This document shows positions 18,879 to 27,190 of a stretch of DNA of 32,000 nucleotides, in pieces. Position numbers and translations under genes: made by a program. The notes below the pieces were generated by a model. The model was given only the letters and a program-made list of their open reading frames with translations. It searched no databases and had not been told where the DNA came from. The stretch is taken from assembly GCA_964510585.1 (NCBI GenBank), contig CAZECW010000140.1:22135-54134 (forward strand), given 5' to 3'. Position 1 is the first letter of the stretch, and each line of letters starts with the position of its first letter. This DNA is from an uncultured archaeon (GTDB lineage Archaea > Asgardarchaeota > Jordiarchaeia > Jordiarchaeales > Jordiarchaeaceae).

Positions 18879-19568
18879 ATGAAGATTGTACTAAAAATTG
18901 GGGGTTCCTTAATCCAGGACGAATCGGGAAACATTATCTTGGAGAGATTTGCCGAGTATGCCAAAACAATCTTGAAACTCAGAAAAGAAAACATAGACAT
19001 ACCAGCTATTATTCTTGGGGGAGGCAAAATAGCGAGAAAATACATCGAGGCCGCACGTAAACTAGGAGCCCCCGAAGGTCTTTGTGACGAGATTGGAATA
19101 AGAGCCGCCCAGTTAAATGCTCAATTGATGGTAGGTGCTCTAGATAGAGAAGCCTATCCCACAATTCCAGACACCTTACAAGAGGTAGCCGGTGCAGTTG
19201 CGACGGGAAAAATAGTAGTTGTCGGTGGTTTACAACCGGGACAATCAACTAATGCCGTAGCAGCACTTGTTGCAGAGCGAATAAAAGCAGACATGCTAAT
19301 AAACGTTACAGACGTAGATGGGGTTTACACCAAAGACCCCAAAAAGGATCCAAATGCCAAAAAAATTGATAAAATCACAATAAAGGAAATCCAAGAAATA
19401 CTAAGTGAAAAGGGCTTCTCTGCAGGTAAATACGAGTTATTCGACCCAGTGGCATTAAAGATTCTAGAAAGATCAAAAATTCCTGCATGGATAATTAGTG
19501 GGGAAGACCCCCAGAACATACTGAAAGTAGTTGCGGGGGAGAATATAGGAACAAGAATAGTATACTAG
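18879..19568 (+). CDS. pyrH: Uridylate kinase
   Basis: VLKIGGS, GGGKIARKYI, PGQSTNAVAA, TDVDGVYTKDPK, FDPVA. Confidence 0.95.
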   Translation: MKIVLKIGGSLIQDESGNIILERFAEYAKTILKLRKENIDIPAIILGGGKIARKYIEAARKLGAPEGLCDEIGIRAAQLNAQLMVGALDREAYPTIPDTLQEVAGAVATGKIVVVGGLQPGQSTNAVAALVAERIKADMLINVTDVDGVYTKDPKKDPNAKKIDKITIKEIQEILSEKGFSAGKYELFDPVALKILERSKIPAWIISGEDPQNILKVVAGENIGTRIVY

Positions 19569-19585
19569 TCTCAGGTGAATTCGTT

Positions 19586-19864
19586 TTGAGAGAATTAGAG
19601 CAAATTTTCGGTAGCTTGGCTCAAACTCGAATATTACAGTTCCTACTAGAAAATAAAGGCAAAGCCTTTAACTTATCCGAAATTGCAGAAAACACAAAAG
19701 TAGCCAATAGCACAGTGGGAAGAGTAATAAAAAAACTCCTAGACCAAGATTTAATTGAAGAAATAACAAGATGGAAACAAATGAGAATCGTAAGATTAAA
19801 CAACGAAAGTGAAAAAACAAAAATCTTACTAAAGTTCCTAGAAGACATTAAAAAGACAAAATAA
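19586..19864 (+). CDS. Small winged-HTH protein (ArsR/MarR-like)
   Basis: IFGSLAQTRILQFL...FNLSEIAENTKVANSTVGRVIKKL; TTG start with AGGTGA SD. Confidence 0.8.
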   Translation: MRELEQIFGSLAQTRILQFLLENKGKAFNLSEIAENTKVANSTVGRVIKKLLDQDLIEEITRWKQMRIVRLNNESEKTKILLKFLEDIKKTK

Positions 19865-20242
19865 ATTTATGAAGATGCTTCAAAAACAAAACCAGTATGG
19901 AAGATATTAATTAAACAATCTGAAAGATGCTCCTGTCGATTGATAACATTATGTTTATGTATAAGTTAACACATGTCAAAAGGTTTCTTTGAATAATCGC
20001 TAACAGGAGGGGGTAAATTAGAAAAAAATCTAAAAGACAAACAATTATCCTTTCACATAATATGCAGAATTAAGTTTTACAATATTGCTCTACCATGACA
20101 GTTATTCTCCAGTAGGATCCTTTTACCCATTTGAATTAGTAATAATAAATAGCATTAAAAGATATGTCGGTACCCCAGTAATATGTTTTTAGAGCAGATT
20201 GTTTGAGCGTAAAAAAAGCGGGTTAAATAAGGGGAAGAAGGT

Positions 20243-20386
20243 TGGTGCAGGGCAGGAGAGTCTCGGGAGATGAAGCCAATCTCCATTCGAACTCCTGAAC
20301 CCCTACGGGACTGGATTTCTTAACTATTTGTTGTTTTTCTCTTTGATCTTGAGTCCAGCGCCGTTGACCTGCTTGGCTAGCCCTGC
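20243..20386 (-). tRNA. tRNA-Leu(CAA) with two introns (20317-20347 at 37/38, 20260-20285 at 59/60); CCA encoded
   Basis: Acceptor GCAGGGC/GCCCTGC-A-CCA, CTGGA-CT-CAA-GA-TCCAG, long variable arm TCCCGTAGGGGTTC; T-loop intron has TTCG/CGAG helix and GGAGAT/ATCTCC outer stem. Confidence 0.92.
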
Positions 20387-20602
20387 AACCATTTCTTCTA
20401 GGCTTTCTTTATGTTGTTTGTTTTAAATATTTGTCGGGTGGAGTCTATAAGGATTATTAATATATATTTAATGTTGCCATTTAAGGATTTAAAAGTCTTG
20501 GATATACTGTTAAAATTGCTCAAATAGTACAATAGTGGATACAGTTCAAATTTGAGCGTAAAAATATCTTCAATTTTTGTTTACATTTAGGAGGTGTAAA
20601 TT

Positions 20603-21058
20603 ATGAGAAGTGGTGAGGTACATAATAAAGGTGAGATTTCTCTTATGGATATTATTGGTGAAATTAGGAAGAACCCGAATATTAATAAGGCTGGCGCTAT
20701 TGCCTGTTTTATTGGGATTGTTCGTGGCGAGTCGCAGGAGGGAGTTCCTGTAGAAAAGCTAGAGTTGGAAGCATACGAGGAAAAGGCAAACGAAACACTA
20801 ACTGGTATCTGTGAGGATATTAAACGTAGGGAAGGTATAATTGATGTGCATATTCACCATAACGTTGGAGAATTTGGTGTAGGTGAGGAAGTGGTGTATG
20901 TGGTAGTTGCTGGAAAGCATAGGAAGGAATTGTTCTCGGCGCTTATCGATGCTGTGGAGAGATACAAGAAAGAAGCTCAAATATGGAAAGCTGCCTAGGA
21001 ATAAGCAGCCCATAAAAAGGAGTATACTTTAAGTGGAGCTCGCTGGGTGAAGGAATAA
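20603..21058 (+). CDS. moaE: Molybdopterin synthase catalytic subunit, spliced: join(20603..20988,21016..21058), 142 aa
   Basis: GAIACFIGIVR, LELEAY, HHNVG, GKHRKE; removing 27 nt restores ...AQIWKKEYTLSGARWVKE*; AGGAGGTG SD. Confidence 0.88.
20989..21015 (+). other. Candidate 27-nt BHB mRNA intron in moaE
   Basis: ATGG-[AA|A]-GCTGC-ctaggaataa-GCAGC-CCAT-[AA|A]; contains in-frame TAG and TAA. Confidence 0.82.
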
Positions 21059-21092
21059 TCTATCACATATCATTATGTGGGAGGCGTTTTGA

Positions 21093-21605
21093 TTGCTGGT
21101 TGGTGTGATTTCGGATAGTCATGATAGGATTGAGGCTATTCGTGCTGCGGTTGAGCTGTTTAATTCGGAATCTGTTGAGTTGGTGCTTCATGCGGGGGAT
21201 ATTGTGAGCCCTTTCAGTGTTAGGGAATTTGAGAAATTAAGGTGTAAAATTATATGCGTTACTGGTAATAATGATGGTGATCGGGCTGCTTTGAGAAAAT
21301 TTTTGGGTAGGTTTGGTGGAGAATTGAGGGACGGTTTTTGTAAACTTGATGTTAATGATAGGAGGGTGGCGCTTATACATGGAGAATTTCCCGAAGTTGT
21401 TGAGGCACTTATTCTGTCTGGGAGGTATGATGTTGTAATTAGTGGTCATAGTCACGAGGCGTATATTAGGGAGCAGAATGGAGTTTTGGCACTAAATCCG
21501 GGTAGCTGTAGTTACCCTATTGTGAATGGAGTTGTGACCATTGGGAGGGGAACAATTGCTATTCTGGATCTGAGGGGTATGAGAGCGAATCTTATAACAA
21601 TTTAG
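21093..21605 (+). CDS. Metallophosphoesterase, MJ0936/YfcE family
   Basis: SDSHD, HAGD, GNND, IHG, SGHSH, NPGS motifs. Confidence 0.92.
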   Translation: MLVGVISDSHDRIEAIRAAVELFNSESVELVLHAGDIVSPFSVREFEKLRCKIICVTGNNDGDRAALRKFLGRFGGELRDGFCKLDVNDRRVALIHGEFPEVVEALILSGRYDVVISGHSHEAYIREQNGVLALNPGSCSYPIVNGVVTIGRGTIAILDLRGMRANLITI

Positions 21606-21612
21606 AGATGCC

Positions 21613-22797
21613 TTAGGGTCGAGTTAGAGCGGCAATAAAGTTTCCGGGGGTTCCATGTAAATCTGGTTCGAATCGGATGGTTTTTCTTGCCTCTGAGAAG
21701 TAGCGTGATAGCCCTGGAGAGCCAAAGGTTTTGGATAGGTCTTTGAGTTCTAGTCCGAGTTCTTCTAGGCAATATTTTATGTTTAGTTCATTTTCTTCGA
21801 CTGTCAGGGTGCATGTGCTGTAGATCATTGTGCCTCCTGGCTTCAATAATTTTGCAGCGATCTTTAAAAATTGGCGTTGATATGCCGATGTGGATATGAT
21901 TTGTTTCTCGGTGGTGTTGTCATAGAGTTTTGGTCTTACTCCTATTGCGGTGCAAGGCGGATCTACTATGATTCTGTCCGCTTTAAGACATGGGTATTTT
22001 TTATTTAAGATTCGGGAATCTAAATTTATTGAAATTACGTTTTTGATTCCTAGGCGTTTTATGTGACTTCTGAGTTTTTCTATCTTTTTTTTGGAGCGGT
22101 CTAATGCAAGAATTTTGCCAGTGTTCTTCATTAATTGGGCAGTGTGTGTAGTTTTTCCTCCGGGCCCTGCGCACATGTCGATTATGAACTCATCTTGTTG
22201 TGGTTCAAGAAGTATGCTAGCAATAATTGCTGGGAGACTTTGAAAGTAAATTAATCCTTGGGAATAGATCCAAGAATCTTTCAGGTTGGGAACTTTGTAT
22301 ATGGACTTTGTTGTTTTCACCGCAACACCATTTTTTCTATTCATTATGTCCTTACTATCCATTACCGCCACCCCCTCTGCTACCTTTAATCCAGATCGAT
22401 CCTCAATTACGACAGGGTCATTTTTCTTTATTCTTTCGAGTTTAATTATTCCTGAAGAGTATAGGTCAGAGCCTTGCATTACAGCTTCACATGCGAATTT
22501 ATCTGCGATAACTTTTTTTCCTATTGCTTCTATTGGAAATGGACCTTTAACTTCTAGGAGAATGGCCTCACTAATGTCGGGGTGGATTTTAGCACTTATG
22601 GAAGACTGTTCTAATTCTCTTAACACATGGTTGGCGGATGTTAACAGAGTGTTTATTCTAATTGAGAAAATTCGGCTTGGTGTTTTCAATTCTTTTATAA
22701 TTTTTTCTGCCCTTGTGTATCCATAGTATTCGATTAGTCTAGAAACCACACTTGGAGAATAATTATACTGACTAGAGAGTTGGGCAGTCTCATCCAA
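21613..22797 (-). CDS. RsmB/NOP2 (Nsun) RNA m5C methyltransferase with PUA domain
   Basis: PUA (AVMQGSDLY), DMCAGPGGKT, VDPPCTAIG, YSTCT. Confidence 0.93.
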   Translation of the reverse strand: MDETAQLSSQYNYSPSVVSRLIEYYGYTRAEKIIKELKTPSRIFSIRINTLLTSANHVLRELEQSSISAKIHPDISEAILLEVKGPFPIEAIGKKVIADKFACEAVMQGSDLYSSGIIKLERIKKNDPVVIEDRSGLKVAEGVAVMDSKDIMNRKNGVAVKTTKSIYKVPNLKDSWIYSQGLIYFQSLPAIIASILLEPQQDEFIIDMCAGPGGKTTHTAQLMKNTGKILALDRSKKKIEKLRSHIKRLGIKNVISINLDSRILNKKYPCLKADRIIVDPPCTAIGVRPKLYDNTTEKQIISTSAYQRQFLKIAAKLLKPGGTMIYSTCTLTVEENELNIKYCLEELGLELKDLSKTFGSPGLSRYFSEARKTIRFEPDLHGTPGNFIAALTRP

Positions 22798-22880
22798 TTT
22801 GAATATTCACTCTCTTACATGGTGGTGAGTTAATTTTGGCGCCTTTTTTCTGTAAGGATATTGAAGAATGAAAAATGCTT

Positions 22881-23402
22881 TTAATTGACTTTTTTTGATA
22901 TCCGTCTCTTTATGTCTCCACCACATATTTCACAAACTTTCTCAGAATAGATGGCGGGATATTGTTTTTTACAGGAAACACAATATTTTACCCAATGGAA
23001 GCGTTGTTTCACACCTTCTCTAATTACAGTTTTGAAGGGTATACCTAAAGTTTTTGCAGCGTTTTGAAGAGAGTAATCGTCCGTGACTAGTATGGGATTT
23101 TTATTTTCATTCTTTAAATCGAGAGCCAGAGCTAGAATATGAATATCTACTGAAGATAGGGTAAAATCGTCACCTGTACTTTTCGCTGCATCACTCGCAA
23201 CTCTAATTGAAGCGGGTGTGGGTTCTCTAACCTTTACTAGGTTGTTTGATACGGCTAAGTTTAGAATTATACGTGAGCGGTTATCTATTACCTCCTCAAA
23301 GACCTCGGGCACTATTAGATGTCTAGCGTTTGTCAAATTGGGATTATAACCACCAATTAGTGCGGAAGAATCCAAAACGTAAATTTCATCTTTTTCGTCC
23401 AT
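22881..23402 (-). CDS. nob1: Nob1-like endonuclease (PIN + Zn ribbon)
   Basis: VLDSSALI, LSSVDIHILALA, TDDYSLQN, CVSC...CEICG; ATG 23402 has a GAGG SD (ORF track starts at 23480). Confidence 0.9.
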   Translation of the reverse strand: MDEKDEIYVLDSSALIGGYNPNLTNARHLIVPEVFEEVIDNRSRIILNLAVSNNLVKVREPTPASIRVASDAAKSTGDDFTLSSVDIHILALALDLKNENKNPILVTDDYSLQNAAKTLGIPFKTVIREGVKQRFHWVKYCVSCKKQYPAIYSEKVCEICGGDIKRRISKKVN

Positions 23403-23616
23403 AACTACATGATCCTCTGTACTTGTCTGATATTTAAAAGACTCAGATTTTTGTGGTGGAGGGTAGCTAACGATTCTCATTAAATGTGAAAAACATTTTC
23501 AAGATTTGTCTCAGGTATTTGACGTGAGTAGGTTTTTAAAGTAAAGAAATTATTTGGAAGAGAAATAATGGGTTTACCATTCAAAAAAGGGTATTAACAT
23601 ACAAAACGGGGGGTAG

Positions 23617-24015
23617 TTAGCCCTTTATTCTCATTAATTTTTTCTTACCCATGACACTCCAGTATTCTGCTTCTGCACCTTCTTTAAGCTTTGATACCAA
23701 CTCTTCTTCTTTAGGTTTAGGAATCTCAAAGGTTTCATAGGTTTCCAAGTCCATTAGCATGACAGTGTTTTCTCCGACAGATATCACTTGACCATTCCTT
23801 TTGTCAATCAATGGAACCTCAACCTTGGAGTCACCAGGAAGTACTATGTCTTTTTTGGTATCATCAAAAAGGTTCACTGCCACTATTCGTGTTTTGGCGT
23901 GACCATGCTTTCCTGATTTTGAGGTTGCTGTACTTACAACTTTGTAAGGCTCATTGTCAATTAGAAGGTATGAGCTAACTTTTAGTTTCGAAACCTCAGT
24001 TATTTTTTTAGACAT
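23617..24015 (-). CDS. eif5a: Translation factor aIF5A
   Basis: SKSGKHGHAK hypusine motif. Confidence 0.96.
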   Translation of the reverse strand: MSKKITEVSKLKVSSYLLIDNEPYKVVSTATSKSGKHGHAKTRIVAVNLFDDTKKDIVLPGDSKVEVPLIDKRNGQVISVGENTVMLMDLETYETFEIPKPKEEELVSKLKEGAEAEYWSVMGKKKLMRIKG

Positions 24016-24072
24016 TTATTTCCACCTGCACGTATTCATTAAGCTAGAGGAATAACTAAAGTAGTATTATAA

Positions 24073-24528
24073 TTAGTCTATTTGTATTTTTTGTTTGGTT
24101 ATTTTTTTGGGTAGAAATATACGCAGTATGCCTCCTTTAAATTCGGCCTTTGCCTTTTCTGGATCTATCCTGCTCGGTAGTTTTATTGATTTGTGATAAC
24201 AGTTGAAGGATATGTCACGCTGTATTGTTCCCCAGCGTTCGAACCGTATAGAGTTTCTCATTTTTGCGTCTATGTCCAGCGTATTTTCTGTAGCATTTAT
24301 AGTTATGTCTTCTTTATCCACGTAGGGTAAATCTGCTGTAACTACTATTTCCTCGGGGTACTCTTGAACATCGACGAGGGGAACAAGGCAGCACCTTTGT
24401 GGATCCCAAGAAGGCTCAGTAAATCTAAAGGGTCTTAATATCGAGTAGAAGGCCTCATCAAATCTTTTCTCAAACTCTGAGATATACTCCATAAATTGTT
24501 CAAAAATATCTTTTTTCTTTTCAGACAT
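24073..24528 (-). CDS. Small heat-shock protein (Hsp20)
   Basis: Alpha-crystallin domain PLVDVQE...ADLP...LP..IDPEKAKAEFKGGILRI, C-terminal IQI motif. Confidence 0.92.
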   Translation of the reverse strand: MSEKKKDIFEQFMEYISEFEKRFDEAFYSILRPFRFTEPSWDPQRCCLVPLVDVQEYPEEIVVTADLPYVDKEDITINATENTLDIDAKMRNSIRFERWGTIQRDISFNCYHKSIKLPSRIDPEKAKAEFKGGILRIFLPKKITKQKIQID

Positions 24529-24539
24529 CGGTTTCCCTC

Positions 24540-25295
24540 CTATGAATACATTGCAGGTAAATCATACTCCTGCGATTTGCCCATAGATTCAAGCTGCTCA
24601 GCAGTTCTTTTCATAAGATCTCTTGATTTGATGCGGATTTCCTCAGCCTTTTCTAGGAGAGCACCAACATCAATGTTCATTTTCAATACTTTATTGATGA
24701 CTTTAACAATTGACGCCGCAGCGCCAGGATCTGGATAGTTAGGGAAGCTCTGTGCTAATAATGCCAGGCAGGGTATATTGTGTTTTGCACAGTCCATCAA
24801 TATGCTGGCGTAGGGCCCTGCCATAATACCCTCCTCTAGGCGTTGTAGGGAGAAATCATCAATTATCTTATTGGCGAAATCGTTTGTAGCCACGGTATAA
24901 ACATCGGGTTCATCGATGGCAATTCTATTTGGCACTGGGATGCCTGCGAGCGGCATTACCAGACTTACCTTTTTATCTATTAACCATTTTGTTATTGCAT
25001 GAGATATGGAATTAACTGCTAGTGGAGGTACGGGAATTTCAGATAAGAATAATAGGATATTATCTTTTTGATAAATTCGGAAGGGGTGATATATTTTGCT
25101 CCCATGCAGAACAATTACTGGTGGAAACAGGTCAGATTCAAGATGAGCGACAATCTTCATATCTAGAGTTTCTACAATGTGAGATGCAGATATCATTCCA
25201 ACTAAACCTACGTCAGGGAGACCGATTAGAAATTTTGGTTCACGCACTTTTACAGGGACATCCTCAATAATTTCGACAGAATCTTTTGCCTCCAT
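24540..25295 (-). CDS. Proteasome assembly chaperone PAC2 family
   Basis: GLPDVGLVGMISASH, PFRIY, PDPGAAAS; GGTGAGG SD. Confidence 0.9.
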   Translation of the reverse strand: MEAKDSVEIIEDVPVKVREPKFLIGLPDVGLVGMISASHIVETLDMKIVAHLESDLFPPVIVLHGSKIYHPFRIYQKDNILLFLSEIPVPPLAVNSISHAITKWLIDKKVSLVMPLAGIPVPNRIAIDEPDVYTVATNDFANKIIDDFSLQRLEEGIMAGPYASILMDCAKHNIPCLALLAQSFPNYPDPGAAASIVKVINKVLKMNIDVGALLEKAEEIRIKSRDLMKRTAEQLESMGKSQEYDLPAMYS

Positions 25296-25637
25296 AAATT
25301 CCTCACCGCCAAAAGTTATTAGACGCTAAACCTCGTAATAATAAAGCTATGTTATTAGTATATTCCGCCACTATTTTAGACTTTCCATGGTAATAATAGG
25401 ATATTCAGATTTTTTAGGGCTTTACCCCTCGTTTCGTGTCTCCGAATTGAGGGAGACATTCTATAACGCCTTTTTTCAGTACAAATGGCAAACAGTTTAC
25501 ATTGACTATTTACAGCTTAGAAATTGCTTGCGTTTAACCGACTTGTAGAATAAAAAGTTTCAGAAGGACAGGAGTAATTATGCTGAAAATGGGTATATTA
25601 TATTTGGAATATTTAGTTGGTGTAAAATAGGTGTTTT

Positions 25638-27119
25638 TTATTCGAGCTCTGCTAGCATTTTTCTTATCAATTTATTTGTAATTTCGGGATCTGCTTTTCC
25701 TCTTGTTTTGTTCATAACCTGTCCAACTAAGTAATTCACGGCGTTAGGGTCTTTTTTAGCGTCTTGTACAGCCTTGGGGAATTCTTTGAATACTTCGTCA
25801 ACAATCTTTTTTATTTGAGCTTCATCACTAATTTTTAAGAGGTTTTCTCTTTTTATTATGGTTTGGGGGGAGTCTCCTGTGCTTACCATTTTGCTCAGAA
25901 GTTCTTTGGCTATTTTACCGCTTATTTCACCTTTGTCTATGAGCCTTAACATGTCTGTTAGGTGTTTTGGTTTTATTTTTGATTCGGAAATTTCGATTCC
26001 TAAATCCTTTAGGTTGCGGGTTAAATCCGTCATAATCCAATTGCTAATTTTTTTAGCATCGGGATACAAACGACAGCATTCTTCAAAAAAGTCTGCAAGT
26101 GCTTTTGAGTTTGTGATTACTGTGGCGTCATACTCAGGTACGCCATACTCTTTTACGAAACGTATTTTCCGCTCGTCTGGTAGCTCTGGCATTTTGGACC
26201 GAATCTCTTCAATCCAAGTTTGTGAGATTTCTACTGGAACTAAATCAGGCTCGGGGAAATAGCGGTAATCGCTTTCGGTTTCTTTTGTTCTGAGGGATAT
26301 TGTTAATCTTCTATCAGCATCCCAGTGCCTTGTTTCTTGCTTTACGGTTGACCCCCTCCTTATTAGCTGCTTTTGTCGAATTATTTCGTATTGCAATGCC
26401 CGTTTTACCTCTAAAAATGATGTGATGTTTTTTATTTCGACGCGTTTTCCATCTTGGAGGGAAATGTTTGCATCGCAACGCATCGATCCCTGTAGGTCAC
26501 CATTAGAAACTCCTAGATGTTCTATAATGGAGCGAAGTTTTTGTAGAAAAAGCCGCGCCTCATCGGGCGAGTTAATGTCTGGTTCTGTGACTATTTCCAA
26601 TAAGGCAATGCCTGCTCTATTAAAGTCAACGAGGGTGTAAGGTGAGCTATCGATAGTTCCATAATAAGACAAACGGGCAGGATCTTCTTCGAGTTGCACT
26701 CTTTTAATCCTAACTTTTTTGACTGTTCCATTAACTTCGAAGCTAATAATTCCGCCAGTAGATAGGGGAACTCCACCAGCTTTATCGTATTGTGAGATTT
26801 GAAAATTTTTAGGCATATCCACATAAAAATAATTTTTGCGGTAAAATATTGTGCGGTGGGAAATTGTGGAATTTAAGGCAAGGGCTACCATTATCGCGAA
26901 ATCGATTGCTCTTTTATTCGTAACAGGCAAAGATCCCGGTAGACCAAGGCAGATTGGACACACAAGAGTATTAGCTTCTTTGCCCCTGTAGTCTGAAGAG
27001 CACCCGCAGAAAAGTTTAGTTTTTAGAGCGGTTATTTGAATATGTATTTCCAATCCAATTTTGACTTGGTCTTTTTCGAGGTTAATTGATCTTTGGGTGT
27101 TAACCAACTCTTTCACCAA
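25638..27119 (-). CDS. gatB: Asp/Glu-tRNA amidotransferase subunit B
   Basis: IGLEIHIQ, RKNYFYVDMPKNFQISQ, GSMRCDANIS, YRYFPEPDL. Confidence 0.96.
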   Translation of the reverse strand: MVKELVNTQRSINLEKDQVKIGLEIHIQITALKTKLFCGCSSDYRGKEANTLVCPICLGLPGSLPVTNKRAIDFAIMVALALNSTISHRTIFYRKNYFYVDMPKNFQISQYDKAGGVPLSTGGIISFEVNGTVKKVRIKRVQLEEDPARLSYYGTIDSSPYTLVDFNRAGIALLEIVTEPDINSPDEARLFLQKLRSIIEHLGVSNGDLQGSMRCDANISLQDGKRVEIKNITSFLEVKRALQYEIIRQKQLIRRGSTVKQETRHWDADRRLTISLRTKETESDYRYFPEPDLVPVEISQTWIEEIRSKMPELPDERKIRFVKEYGVPEYDATVITNSKALADFFEECCRLYPDAKKISNWIMTDLTRNLKDLGIEISESKIKPKHLTDMLRLIDKGEISGKIAKELLSKMVSTGDSPQTIIKRENLLKISDEAQIKKIVDEVFKEFPKAVQDAKKDPNAVNYLVGQVMNKTRGKADPEITNKLIRKMLAELE

Positions 27120-27190
27120 CTTAGTACCAGATTTTATGTCATGGATCGTTTAGAATAATCTTTGAAAGTATCCTAGTTCAGGATAAATTT

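Noticed and set aside
19869-19923. C/D-box-like ATGAAGA...CTGA of sRNA size
   Set aside because: Imperfect C box, no clear D' box, very AT-rich guide regions.
20996-21004. Stop-codon readthrough (Pyl/Sec) or pseudogene explanation for moaE
   Set aside because: TAG is followed by an in-frame TAA, the downstream exon is intact, and the insert has precise BHB geometry.
21526-21544. Possible 12-nt in-frame intron in the phosphoesterase (ATGG/CCAT helix)
   Set aside because: No outer or inner flanking helix and no frame disruption; a 4-bp match is expected by chance.
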